Source of the DNA: Anthoceros angustus
Lineage: Eukaryota; Plantae; Anthocerotophyta
Assembly (NCBI GenBank): GCA_010909165.1
Contig: MU008198.1
Location: forward strand, 464,216 to 528,215
Length of the DNA: 64,000 bases
Direction of reading: 5' to 3'
The notes beneath the pieces were generated by a model. The model searched no databases, had not been told where the DNA came from, and worked only from the letters and a program-made list of their open reading frames with translations. Shown here piece after piece: positions 50,451 through 64,000 of this stretch (its first letter is position 1; each line of letters begins with the position of its first letter). The position numbers were made by a program, and so were the translations under genes.

Positions 50451-53400
50451 AGCCTAGAAGGACCAACTTCCATTTTGGGGTGTTCAAAATTTTTCATGTT
50501 TGTTCATCATCTAGAAATGATCTACTTGACAAAAAGTCTAAATAAGTATACTAGAATTTAGATACAAAACCGATTCTTACAACATAGATAAATCAAATAG
50601 CGATTCTTGAAAAGAAATCTTTTTAGTCCACGGACAATGTAATCCCGAAATTATATCTTGTTGTATCTTTCATTGCTTATTTGTCCCCTTAAATCGAGGT
50701 TGACAACGGGGCTAGTCCCTTTGGCCGAGGTCCAGAGAGTTGTTCCATCACCCTGTAGATGGGGACTTCCTATCTCTTGCATATTTATAAAGTCTCCACG
50801 TTCTCTCTATTTTTGTCATTTTCACGAATGTATCTTTACCTTTTTTTTACTTTAAATTTTACATACATTGATTCACTGAATTCCATAGCTGAATAATTGT
50901 AGAAATAAAAATAATATAATACTATTTTATTTCCTTTTCGACGCATGAAAACTAAAGTGCCTCAACAAAGTGAACAAAGTTTGAGTGGAAGGTAGGAACA
51001 TAGTCGGGAGTGGCGGTAAAATATGGACAACTAAAAATGCACGTCAAATTAGGTTCTTACGGTGTCATTTCCACCGATGCGAGCAGTTAGGTTTCTCATA
51101 GCATGGCACAAATGATATGATGACATGGTGGTGATTCTTTGGGTATGGGTATGCAAAATGTGGTGAACTCAAACTTTGAGGCACGCCACGTTTCATAACA
51201 TGAACACAAAGAGTGTGGTGATATGGATTGCCTCGATAGGCTATGCCCACAACAAGGCGGCCCCCGGAGGTGCTTGCTCTATATGAGTGGAGCTCACGAA
51301 TGGAGCGACCTCGGGATGGCATGAGCTTGCATCGCAAGTCCCTCATTTCGCACTCATATCTAGCACCAAAAGTTGCCAACAAAGCGATCCTCGCCCAAGC
51401 TCCTTTAAATTTGCAAATTTATACATGAAGCTAAGCGCACCATCGGCAACGCTTGATCTAAAGAGTCGGCGAATGTACGTCCTATTGGAGTGATGCCCTG
51501 CTGCCTAGCTGCATGATGATCTAGGGCCCCTTTACCTTTCCTGTGACCATATCCTACAATCACCACATGTCCACCACATCCTTCCCATAGACATGGGCAT
51601 CATGAAGCTTCTTCCCTTGGTACATAGCACCTAATTGTCGACAATGCACTTGCAAGGCCACACCTATAGGTGAGTATCGATACTTTGTATTTTATATTTT
51701 TATAACTTAAATAGTTAAATACAAAAATATAAAATTTGATATATATAGTAAAATATATTTGCAAGTAACAAATAATACATGCCGCATGGAGAAGAAAATA
51801 AAAGGGCTTTTATTAAAGGAGAAGAGATGGGGTAAGCCCATCTACCTTTCAAAGGCTAACACTAGCTAGGGACCTCAAGGGTGGTAAGAGCAACTAAGCT
51901 CGAATCTAAAATCTATGGCTCCGCAATATCATGACTAAGTAGGTTTTAGAGGATGTGAGCACGCTTTGGTGGCTCGATTCACGTATGAAAGCGGTGTGCC
52001 ACAGGATCACTGGACCAATCGAGGTGTCACCATGATCACCTATTATCATTGTCGTCCTAAGGATGCCTCGTGCGCCGTTGAGCAATGGACACATGTTGTG
52101 GAAAGGATGAAGTCCAAGAGCTAGGAAGCCCCACACCATGTATGTGACCGTGAGGAAAGGCTTGAGCACTTGATAAAATTTATCAAAGTCCTCGACCAAT
52201 GTGCCATACATTTTGAAAGCGAGCAAAATGAAGAGTGGTGCACTTCATGTTGTCACACTTAGTTTCACGAGACTTGATCACCACGGACGAGGTACATGAT
52301 GAGATGAGCCCTAATTGACCTTGCTTGACCGCATGGAGAAGCACACGCCACTTACGCCTCACGTGAAAAAGATATGGCGTGTTGCAAATGGCATTCCATA
52401 GTTCCTCATATTCATCTTCTTGTGGAGTAAGAATGTCTTGAGTGAATGTCTTAACGTCTTCTTCATATTTGTTTTCCTCTTCAATAAAAATATCTTTCTT
52501 TTCTTCATATTCATTTTCTTGCTCTATAAAAATATCTAAGTTCTCCTCATATTGGTTTCTTCTTCTAGAAATTCTTCGTTCTCATATTCATTTTCTTTCT
52601 TCATAAAAATTTTGTTTCAATGATCCTCTTGAGTAGAAATGTCCTCCTCATATTGGTTTACCTCTTGAGTAGAAATGTCCTCCTCATATTCGTCTTGAGT
52701 AAAATGTATTGCTCATATTCCGTGTTCTTCACTAAAAATATGCTTGTCGTTATAATCATTTTCTTCTTCATATTCATTTTCCTCTTCCTCATTTTCTTCT
52801 TCATTCTTCTTTATATTCTTTTCTTCATCATTTTCCTTATAGTTATTCCCTCTTCAGCAAAAATATTTTTGCATAATCTTCTTCCTCTTGCTTAGAAATA
52901 TTCCTCATCATCATCTTCATCCTCACCAAGAATATCTTCGCTATTAGTGAAGGAGTTGCTACATTCAATTTCTTCATACCTTGGACCTGGACGATTTTTT
53001 TATTCTTCTTCATCATTTTCCTTGTAGTAGTTTCTTCTTCATATTTGCTTTCTTTGTCGCTTGAACTATTATGCTCATACTCATTTTCCTCTTCCTCTTC
53101 CTCATTTTCTACATAATCTTCTTCTTCTTTCTTCTTCTACATAATCTTCTTCTTCTTCTACATAATCTTCTTCTTCTTCTTCTTCTCTTCTTCTTCTACA
53201 TAATCTTCTTCTTCTTCTACATAATCTTCTTCTTCTTCATCACTTAGAAAAATTCCCTGATAATTGTCTTTTGTACTAAGAATGTCTTCGTCGTCAACAA
53301 GGAAGTTGCCACACTCAATTCCAAGATGTTTTGGAAGTATGGCACTAATTTTGTTGCTCCACAAGGGATCTAGTTTGAAAATATAACGACATTTTGAAGG

Positions 53401-56400
53401 ACTTCCCCAATATATAGTGCAAGTTACTTTTTTAGTTGTAGGACGATTTCTCGTCGTGAAAGGAATCAATTTAAAGTCTACTTGCAATTGCAAAAAATTT
53501 GTTTCAATGATCCTCTTGACCAAAGTCTGTGCATCTTTTACGGCATGACCTAACGCATATATCATCGTGGATAGAAGAGATCTTGTGAGATGATTTTGAG
53601 CAATTTTGGCCTTCTCTTTTAAATTAGTTGCAGAACAAGTTCTTGTGACTTGTATCTCCAAGTGATTGGAATTGTTTAAGGTCATCATAACTGTAAAAGA
53701 TATAACTTGATTCTACGGTTTACCAAGAGGACAAAGAAGCACTTTGTCAAACTTTTCAAACAAGCTTTTAAAAGTTTGTGGAACGGAAAAGTTTGGTCAG
53801 CTAAGTTTTTGGCAAAACACGAGACAATTTGGGGACCAAGGCAAGGTTCGGTAGGGAAGTTTTTGCAGATGGATGAAGGGAGGATGACTACAATTCGTAG
53901 GAAGTAGGGGATTTGTAGGCGTCAGCTAGCGTAATCGAGTTTGAGACGCAAGGTAGATAGTAGGTGGGTTAATGGGCGTCGTAGGTGGTCCGGACTTGGT
54001 TAATTGAGAGAACACAGGATGTCCTAGACTTAGCCGTTAACGGGTAGAAAGGAGGTGGGAGGATATGTTAGAAAACCCATTTGATACGCATATATAGGGG
54101 AATTAGGGGTCTATTATGACATCCGAGAAACAAAGTTCCTTGGACTTGTTATAAATATCCAAGCGGGTAGGAAGTCCTTGGCCTTTGGGGTTTCGGTAGA
54201 AAGTTCCTTGTCGAGACCATGGTAGAAAAAGGATATGAGATAGAGCCATGCATTTCATGAGCCAAGGAGGATAACTTCCTTGGAATTGAGGGAGGGGGGT
54301 TCAATTTCTCGAATGTCACGCAGAGGGCTATATATACATGTCGATTATCGATATATAGAAGATGAGATTTGATGATCGGGATCATCGAGGATGATGGCGC
54401 AACTAGGGACCGGATACCAACCGGATTATCACGAGAAGGAAAAGTCAGATTCGTGCATAAGGCACATCTTGTCGAGGAAAGGAATCCTCTATAAGCTAGG
54501 ACTAGACAAAGTAGTTCAAGGTGTTTGGAGGCGAACAAATTGCGGTGGCGGAGGCCCTCTACATACTAAGGAGGCGGGGACATTATTCACAAGTGATCGA
54601 AGAAGATTTTGATGCAGCTTTTGGTGGTCCACTATGCAAAGGGACATGGAAATTTATCGGGAGGCTGATGCGTGTCAAAGGATAGGAGACCACATCTCCC
54701 TAAGGGCACATCTCCCTAAGAGAACGTTCCTCCAAGCCGAGCATGGCCCCTATGCTCTTCAACATGGGTAGGGAACAACATCCTACCCCAAGGATCGAAT
54801 TAGGAGTTCTTACATGCTCATGTCCAACACACCCAAGCTCCCTCGAGCACATCACACACCTTGAATATATGGTACTCGTTCCTAGCGAGCTCCTCACCAA
54901 CCTCCTTAGCAACATTTCTCCTTAGTGAACTCCTCCGCCAAATCTCCTTGATTGACCTCGCTGCCCAATTCTCGGGGCGGCCACCACGATGGCCCCTTTC
55001 ACATTTGCTTGCAGCCCAAATACAAATTTCGCCTTCCTCAAGTGAATCCCCATCGCGATTCCTTCACCATGTTGCAGCCCGGATCCCCAAAGCTCACTCA
55101 TAAGCGTGCACAAACAAGACCTAGGCCCCTCCTAGCATTTGCAGCACCACACCTCGTAATCATGTCAATTCCACCAGCTTGGTTGTGCGAGCAAAAGGCA
55201 AAGGCTTGCCTTCTTCACAATTCACACCCTTCGTAGCCCACAACCAAGACTCCACTTCTCACATTGCAAGGTCATCACCTCCTAAGTTCCACTAATCACA
55301 AGCTCCAGTTCATGGCCTCACGGTAGCTTAGCTCACAAGGCACAAATTTCTCCCAAAATCCCAACTTCCGTGACAGACTCTATCTTGGCTTCTCCACACC
55401 TTAGCTCCAAAAGTTGAGCTCTTGCCTCACACCCACGACAACGCCGCCTCTTCCAACTTGCATGCCTTACAATTAGCCTGCTTCCCAAAGACACTCCTTG
55501 CAGCTCCTAGCTCCTTCCAACTATGTGCCCAAGAACTTCCAAGCGCCGCCTTTAAGCTCACCGAAACATACATTCCTATTTTATCGCTACTTAAACTAGG
55601 GGTTCCAAATCAATCACTAATTCCCTTTGCACATATAGTCTATGGGGCAAGATTCTACCCTACCCGCTCATCTATCTAGGCTTGAGAAACTTCCAAATTC
55701 CTACCCTTGTCCCTAACTTTCTGGATGGCTCAAGAAGAAACACTCGTTACTACTCACTATCACTTTGAATAAAGATTGAACCAAAATGAACCGAATCGGA
55801 TCAAAATGACAAAGGGACCCAAACTTTTGCGTTGCACGCTCACTCCATGAATAACTCAAGGTTATCTTCAAGTGTCTGAATGATGAAAGTATTGCTAATT
55901 TGTGTGCCGCAATGCAACGAGGCCTACCAAGCAAGATTTTACTTTCATTTATTTCCACCGAGTACCTAAACTAGTTAATGGACAACAATGATGGATATTT
56001 GCAGCGTTGTCGATGTCGGTCGTAAATACATTATGAAGGAAACAAAATCATCGAAGGATCCAAATAGTTGGGTGATGCGGATTTGTATTATCAATATCTT
56101 TTCAAAGGTTAGGCGAGAAGTGATATGGGATACGATTTCAAAGTTGAACTAGTATGTCGACACCTTATATATGGATGAAATTCATATTCGCATTTAGATT
56201 TAGATTCGGATATTTGGGACCCGCTTCCACCACTCGAGAAGCTAGTGCTAGTTGTTGATGAGGAGGAAAGTGATCATTTTTATTATTTCTAGCGCATGAG
56301 CTGGACGATGATTCACGTGACATGTTTCATTTATATGTATATTCTTTAGCCATAGGTCAATGGACGGTTCAAGAATTCAACCAAAAAAGAAACATAGGTG

Positions 56401-58744
56401 ACATGTTCACTGTAATCAGTGTAAGTGCTGTGCTATCGAGATTCGGAGTTAATATTACTTTGATTGCACATGTTGTCGACGACAATTATGATGTATTATT
56501 TGAGCTGGTGTCATTTGATAATGAGATAATTACAAGTCAGCAAACCTTTATGAGTGGAAACCCTCTTGAGCCTTTAAATTTACATCCATATGGTGAAGTA
56601 CGGAAATTGGATTTGTTGCCCACAATGGACACTTTTATGGTATGGATGGTAAAAGAAGGGTAAGAAGTTTTCTATCGCCATCTACAAGCTTAACCAACAA
56701 GCGCTCAAGTGGGAAAGTTTAATCACGAGGACTTTGCAATACAAAGCCTATTTGCACGTTTGTTCCACCCCTAGTCAATGGAAGTGTTTGGAATTGGCGA
56801 CTTTATATATTTACATTTTTTTGTACAGTTAAGAAATCGAAAAGATGGAAAAGATGATAGGAGTTGTGTACATTACCTTGTCTGCAACAATATAATTTAC
56901 AATGGATGGAGAATTGTGTTTCAAGATGAAATTGTCAACCCCATGAGGACATGAAGCCTAGAAGGACCAACTTCCATTTTGGGGTGTTCAAAATTTTTCA
57001 TGTTTGTTCATCATCTAGAAATGATCTACTTGACAAAAGTCTAAATAAGTATACTAGAATTTAGATACAAAACCGATTCTTACAACATAGATAAATCAAA
57101 TAGCGATTCTTGAAAAGAAATCTTTTTAGTCCACGGACAATGTAATCCCGAAAGAAATTATATCTTGTTGTATCTTTCATTGCTTATTTGTCCCCTTAAA
57201 TCGAGGTTGACAACGGGGCTAGTCCCTTTGGCTCGAGGTCCAGAGAGTTGTTCCATCACCGGTGTAGATGGGGACTTCCTATCTCTTGCATATTTATAAA
57301 GTCTCCACGTTCTCTCTATTTTTGTCCAGTTTTCACGAATGTATCTTTACCTTTTTTTTACTTTAAATTTTACATACATTGATTCACTTCGAATTCCATA
57401 GCTGAATAATTGTAGAAATAAAAATAATATAATACTATTTTATTTCCTTTTCGACGCATGAAAACTAAAGTGCCTCAACAAAGTGAACAAAGTTTGAGTG
57501 CAAGGTAGGAACATAGTCGGAGTGGCGGTAAAATATGGACAACTAAAAATGCACGTCAAATTAGGTTCTTACGGTGTCATTTCCAACGATCAGGCAGTTA
57601 GGTTTCTCATAGCATGGCACAAATGATATGATGACATGGGATGGTGATTCTTTGGTATGGGTAGGTACAAAATGTGGTGAACTCAAACTTTGAGGCACGC
57701 GCCACGTTTTTACATGAACACAAAGAGTGTGGTGATATGGATTGCCTCGATAGCATGCCTATGCCAGCAACAAGGGGCCCCTGCCAGGTGCTTGCTCTAT
57801 ATGAGTGGAGCTCACGAATGGAGCCTCGGGATGGCATGAGCTTGCATCGTGCAAGTCCTCATTTCGCACTCATATCTAGCACCAAAAGTTGCCAACAAGC
57901 GATCCTCGCCCAAGCTCCTTTAAATTTGCTTTATACATGAAGCTAAACGCACCATCGCAAACGCTTGATCTAAAGAGGCATCGGCGTCCTATTGAGTGAT
58001 GCCCTGCTGCTACTAGCTGCATGATGATCTAGGCCCTTTACCTTTCCTGTGACCATATCCTACAATCACCACATGTCCACCACATCCTTCCGCCATGACA
58101 TGGGCATCATGTATGAAGCTTCTTCCCTTGGTACATAGCACCTAATTGTCGACAATGCCTTGCACAAGGCCCACACCTATAGGTGAGTATCGATACTTTG
58201 TATTTTATATTTTATAACTTAAATAGTTAAATACAAAAATATAAAATTTGATATATATAGTAAAATATATTTGCAAGTAACAAATAATACATGCCGCATG
58301 GAGAAGAAAATAAAAGGGCTTTTATTAAAGGAGAAGAGATGGGGTAAGCCCATCTACCTTTCAAAGGCTAACACTAGCTAGGGACCTCAAGGGTCCGTGT
58401 AAGCGGAAGCAACTAAGCTCTGAATCTAAAATCTATGGCTCCTGCAATATCATGACTAAGTAGGTTTTAGAGGATGTGAGCACGCTTTGGTGGCTCGATT
58501 CACGTATGAAAACAGTGTGCCACGGATCACTGGACCAATCGAGGTGTCACCATGATCACCTATTATCATTGTCGTCCTAAGGATGCCTCGTCTGCGCCGA
58601 GAGCAATGGACACATGTTGTGGAAAGCTGTGAAGTCCAAGAGCTAGGAAGCCCCACACCATGTATGTGACCGTGAAAGGCTTGAGCGCACTTGATAAATT
58701 TATCAAAGTCCTCGAATGTGCCATACATTTGAAAGCAAAATGAA

Positions 58745-60480
58745 GATGGTAACTTCCATCTCCTTGTACAGACCTAGCGAATACTTCGTGATGATTAGAA
58801 GATAGAGTTGGCATCTCTTGTAGGGTTGAGCACCACGCTACCAGAGACTTGTCACCAGGATGGGGTGTGACCAAGATCGCATGGAGAAGTATATGGCCAC
58901 ACATCACCTATGTGGCATGTCCAAATGGATGTTCCTCATATTTGTCCCTGAGTAAGAATGTCTTGAGTGGAAAGGTAGTCACACTCAATTTCATGGAGAC
59001 TTGTCAAGACAAGGTACAACTAATCCCCACACCATGCATGAGTGCGCAAAGGGAAAAAAATTTATCAAAGTCCATAGTCCTCACATTTTCTTGAAAGGAG
59101 TCTGAAGAGAATGTTGTCACACTTGCTCACACTCACCAGGTTCGTGATGATTAGAAGATAAGTTGGCATCTTTAGGGTGAGCACCAGTCTATTTAGACTG
59201 GTCACCACGGACGAGGTACATGATGAGATGAGCCCTAATTGACCTTGCTTGACCGCATGGAGAAGTATATGCCACTATTATCACGCTATGGGTGCTGCAC
59301 ATTCCATAGTTCCTCATATTTGTCCTCTTGAGTAAGAATGTCTTGAGTGGAAAGGTAGTCACACTCAATTTCATGGAGACTTGTCAAGACAAGGTACAAC
59401 TAATCCCCACACCATGCATGAGTGCGCAAAGGGAAAAAAATTTATCAAAGTCCATAGTCCTCACATTTTCTTGAAAGGAGTCTGAAGAGAATGTTGTCAC
59501 ACTTAGTTTCACAGACTTGATCACCACGGACGAGGTACATGATGAGATGAGCCCTAATTGACCTTGCTTGACCGCATGGAGAAGCACACGGCCACACGCC
59601 TCACGTGAAAAAGATATGGCGTGTTGCAAATGGCATTCCATAGTTCCTCATATTCATCTTCTTGAGTAAGAATGTCTTGAGTGAAGGTAGTCACATCATG
59701 GAGACTAAGTTGAAGTAAACACAATGTTATGAAAGTATGCAATAATGAAGAGCAAATGGCATTCCATAGTTCCTCATATTGGTTTACCTCTTGAGTAAGG
59801 ATGCCTGATCACTTAGTTTCACAGACTTGATCACCACGGACGAGGTACATGATGAGATGAGCCCTAATTGACCTTGCTTGACCGCATGGAGAAGTATATG
59901 CCACTATTATCACGCTATGGGTGCTGCACATTCCATAGTTCCTCATATTTGTCCTCTTGAGTAAGAATGTCTTGAGTGGAAAGGTAGTCACACTCAATTT
60001 CATGGAGACTTGGTCAAGAAAGGTACAACTAATCCAATTGACCGGCCCATGAAAGTATGCACCCACTTGATCACGTGAAAAAGATATGGCGTGTTGCAAA
60101 TGGCATTCCATAGTTCCTCATATTCGCCTTGAGTAAGGAGCAAAGAGAATGTTGTCACACTTAGTTTCACAGACTTGATCACCACGGACGAGGTACATGA
60201 TGAGATGAGCCCTAATTGACCTTGCTTGACCGCATGGAGAAGCACACGCCACTTACGTCTCACGTGAAAAAGATATGGCGTGTTGCAAATGGCATTCCAT
60301 AGTTCCTCATATTCATCTTCTTGAGTAAGAATGTCTTGAGTGAAGGTAGTCACACTCATCATGGAGACTTGGTCAAGCATGAAGTCAACTAAATGACCAT
60401 GGCATGAGAAGTTGAAACATTGTGAAAAATATGCGCAATGATTCAAAGTCCTCAAAGCCTTTGAGTTGAGCATGTTGTCA
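58745..60480. repeat. ~1.7-kb expansion in array copy 7 made of ~320-bp mosaic sub-repeats
   Basis: Core TCACCACGGACGAGGTACATGATGAGATGAGCCCTAATTGACC at ~59202, 59521, 59831, 60179 and 60502; single-copy in other units. Confidence 0.8.
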
Positions 60481-63400
60481 CACTTAGTTTCTGAGACTTG
60501 ATCACCACGGACGAGGTACATGATGAGATGAGCCCTAATTGACCTTGCTTGACCGCATGGAGAAGCACATACACTTACGTCTCACGTGAAAAAGATATGG
60601 CGTGTTGCAAATGGCATTCCATAGTTCCTCATATTCATCTTCTTGTGGAGTAAGAATGTCTTGAGTGAATGTCTTAAGGACGCCTTCATATTTGTTTTCC
60701 TCTTCAATAAAAATATCTTTCTCATATTCATTTTCTTGCTCTATAAAAATATCTAAGTTCTCCTCATATTGGTTTACTTCTTCTAAGAGAAATTCTTCGT
60801 TCTCATATTCATTTTTTCTTCATAAAAATGTACCTAGATCAAGATGCGTAGAAATGTCCTCGCATATTGGTTTACCTCTTGAGTAGAAATGTCCTCCTCA
60901 TATTCGCCTTGAGTAAAATGTATTGCTCATATTCGTGTTCTTCACTAAAAATATGCTTGTCGTTATAATCGATTTCTTCTTCATTTTCCTTGTAGTAGTT
61001 TCTTCTTCATCTTCTTTATATTCTTTTTCTTCATCATTTTCCTTATAGTTATTCCCTCTTCAGCAAAATATTTTTGCATAATCTTCTTCCTCTTGCTTAG
61101 AAATATTCCTCATCATCATCTTTTTCTTCACTAAAAATATGCTTGTCGTTATAATCGATTTCTTCTTCATTTTCCTTGTAGTGGCTTCTTCATCTTCTTT
61201 ATATTCTTTTTCTTCATCATTTTCCTTATAGTTATTCCCTCTTCAGCAAAATATTTTTGCATAATCTTCTTCCTCTTGCTTAGAAATATTCTCATATTCA
61301 TCTTCTTCTTCCTCTTCCTCTTTTTCTCAATTTCTTCATACCTTGGACCTGGACGATTTTTTCATGTCTTCCACATCAAGATGAATGTCTTGCTCATATT
61401 TGCTTTCTTTGTCTTGAACTATTATGCTCATACTCATTTTCCTCTTCCTCTTCCTCTTCTTCTACATAATCTTCTTCTTCTTCTTCTTCTACATAATCTT
61501 CTTCTTCTTCTACATAATCTTCTTCTTCTTCTTCTTCTTCTTCTACATAATCTTCTTCTTCTTCTACATAATCTTCTTCTTCTTCTCTTCATAATCTTCT
61601 TCTTCATAATCTTCTTCTTCTTCTTCTTCTTCTTCTTCATAATCTTCTTCTTCTTCTACATAATCTTCTTCTTCTTCTTCATCACTTAGAAAAATTCCCT
61701 CATAATTGTCTTTTGTACTAAGAATGTCTTATGTCAACAAGGAAGTCGCCACACTCAATTCCAAGATGTTTTGGAAGTATGGCACTAATTTTGTTGCTCC
61801 ACAAGGGATCTAGTTTGAAAATATAGCGACATTTTGAAGGACTTCCCAATATATAGTGCAAGTTACTTTTTAATTGTAGGACGATTTCTGTCGTGAAAGG
61901 AATCAATTTAAAGTCTACTTGCAATTGCAAAAATTTTGTTTCAATGATCCTCTTGACCAAAGTCTGCATCTTTTTCTGATGACCTAACGCATATATCATG
62001 CGATGGATAGAAGAGATCTTGTGAGATGATTTTGAGCAATTTTGGCCTTCTCTTTTAAATTAGTTGCGAACAAGTTCTTGTGACTTGTATCTCCAAGTGA
62101 TTGGAATTGTTTAAGGTCATCATAAGCGTAAAAGATATAACTTGATTCTACGGTTTACAAGAGGACAAAGAAGCACTTTGTCAAACTTTTCAAACAAGCT
62201 TTTAAAAGTTTGTGGAACGGAAAAGTTTGGTCTAAGTTTTGGCAAAACACGAGACAATTTGGGGACCAAGGCAAGGTTACGGTAGGGAAGTTTTTGCAGA
62301 TGGATGAAGGAGGATGACTACAATTCGTAGGAAGTAGGGGATTTGTAGGCGTCGAGCTAGCGTAATCGAGTTTCGAGACGCAGGTAGATAGTAGGTAAGT
62401 CGTTACAGGACGTCCGTAGGTGGTCCGGACTTGGTTAATTGAGAGAACACATGGGATGTCCTAGACTTAGCCATAACGGGTAGAAAGGCGATGGAAAGGA
62501 TATGTTAGAAAACCCATTTGATACGCATATATAGGGGAATTAGGGGTCTATTATGACATCCGAGAAACAAAGTTCCTTGGACTTCACTATAAATATCCAA
62601 GCGGGTAGGAAGTCCTTGGCCTTTGGGGTTTTGAGAAAGTTCCTTGTCGAGACCATGGTAGAAAAAGGATATGAGATAGAGCCATGCATTTCGCGAGCCA
62701 AGGAGGATAACTTCCTTGGAATTGAGGGAAGGGGGGTTCAATTTCTCGAATGTCACGCAGGGAGGGCTATATATACATGTCGGTTATCGATATAGAAGAT
62801 GAGATTTGATGATCGGGATCATCGAGGAGGACACGTGGCGCACATCGAGATGGGGCGCAACTAGGGACCGGATACCAACCGGATTATCACGAGAAGGAAA
62901 AGTGATTCGTGCATAAGGCAGCACCATATCGAGGAAAGGAATCCTCTATAAGCTAGGACTAGACAAAGTAGTTCAAGGTGTTTGGAGGCGAACAAATTTC
63001 GGTGGTGGCGGAGGCCCTCTACATACTAAGGAGGCGGGGGACATTATTCACACAAGTATCAAGAAGATTTTGATTTGCTTTTGGTGGTCCACTATGCAAA
63101 GGGACATGGAAATTTATCGAGTGATGCGTGTCAAAGGATAGGAGACCACATCTCCCTAAGGGCACATCTCCCTAAGAGAACGTTCCTCCAAGCCGAGCAT
63201 GGCCCCTATGCTCTTCAACATGGGTAGGGAACAACATCCTACCCCAAGGATCTTTGGTCGGAGTTCTTACATGCTCATGTCCAACACACCCAAGCTCCCT
63301 CGAGCACATCACACACCTTGAATATATGGTACGTTCCTAGCGAGCTCCTCACCAACCTCCTTAGCAACATTTCTCCTTAGTGAACTCCTCCCAAATCTCC

Positions 63401-64000
63401 CTTGATTGACCTCATGCCCAATTCTCGGGCGGCCACCACGATGGCCCCTTTCACATTTGCTTGCAGCCCAAATACAAATTTCGCCTTCCTCAAGTGAATC
63501 CCCATCGATTCCTTCACCATGTTGCAGCCCGGATCCCCAAAGCTCGGCTCATAAGCTTGCCAAACAAGACCTAGGCCCCTCCTAGCATTTGCGGCACCAC
63601 ACCTCGTAATCATGTCAATTCCACCAGCTTGGTTGTGAGCAAAAGGCAAAGGCTTGCCTTCTTCACAATTCACACCCTTCGTAGCCCACAACCAGACTCC
63701 ACTTCTCACATTGCAAGGTCATCACCTCCTAAGTTCCACTAATCACAAGCTCCAGTTCATGGCCTCACACGCTTAGCTCACAAGGCACAAATTTCTCCCA
63801 AAATCCCAACTTCCGTGACTCTATCTTGGCTTCTCCACACCTTAGCTCCAAAAGTTGAGCTCTTGCCTCTGCACACCCACGACAACGCCGCCTCTTCCAA
63901 CTTGCATGCCTTACAATTAGCCGTGCTACTTCCAGACACACTCCTTGCAGCTCCTAGCTCCTTCCAACTATGTGCCCAACTTCCAAGCGCCGCCTTTAAG

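Larger units (their letters stand above)
15873..64000. repeat. Head-to-tail tandem array of a ~6.5-kb composite unit (~7 copies, continues past window end)
   Basis: Anchor GGGCATCATG(TATG)AAGCTTCTTCCCTTGG at 15873, 26311, 32575, 45125, 51595 and 58102. Periods are 6264, 12550 (includes a 6.06-kb insertion), 6470 and 6507. Region 15873-26310 is a rearranged ~1.6 copies. Confidence 0.97.

Noticed and set aside
15873-64000. rDNA, snRNA or histone gene tandem array
   Set aside because: I found no 5S/45S, U-snRNA or histone signatures in the unit.
15873-64000. Tandem endogenous caulimovirid (pararetrovirus) genomes
   Set aside because: Unit size is similar, but no RT/RNase H, movement protein or zinc-knuckle coat protein is recognisable, and the frames lie on both strands.

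Overview
Eukaryotic nuclear DNA from a land plant (short GT-AG introns, plastid transit peptide; a seed-free lineage such as a hornwort is my guess, not proven). Positions 1-15.8 kb are a gene/pseudogene block. It holds an intact 6-exon plastid class I fructose-bisphosphate aldolase (- strand) and an intact 6-exon secreted SMP-30/gluconolactonase-family gene that looks bacterial/fungal in type. It also holds a decayed L-type lectin receptor kinase, capping-protein-beta and RFC1 fragments, the 3' end of a CRE-like LINE, several minisatellites, and two inverted copies of a ~170-bp element. That element carries a 5S-rRNA-derived internal promoter region and a stem-loop + AATAAA + (TTC)n tail, so it looks SINE3/Cassandra-like. 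From ~15.87 kb to the window end there is a head-to-tail array of a ~6.5-kb composite unit (about 7 copies, running off the window). Each unit contains a CRE-like tail, an unidentified reading frame with a very acidic repeat, Gypsy integrase and gag-like debris, and an F-box-associated-like remnant. One copy is interrupted by a ~6-kb chromovirus-type Ty3/Gypsy element. The repeat part shows many small indels and chimeric junctions that look like long-read consensus errors, so frameshifts there cannot be taken at face value.
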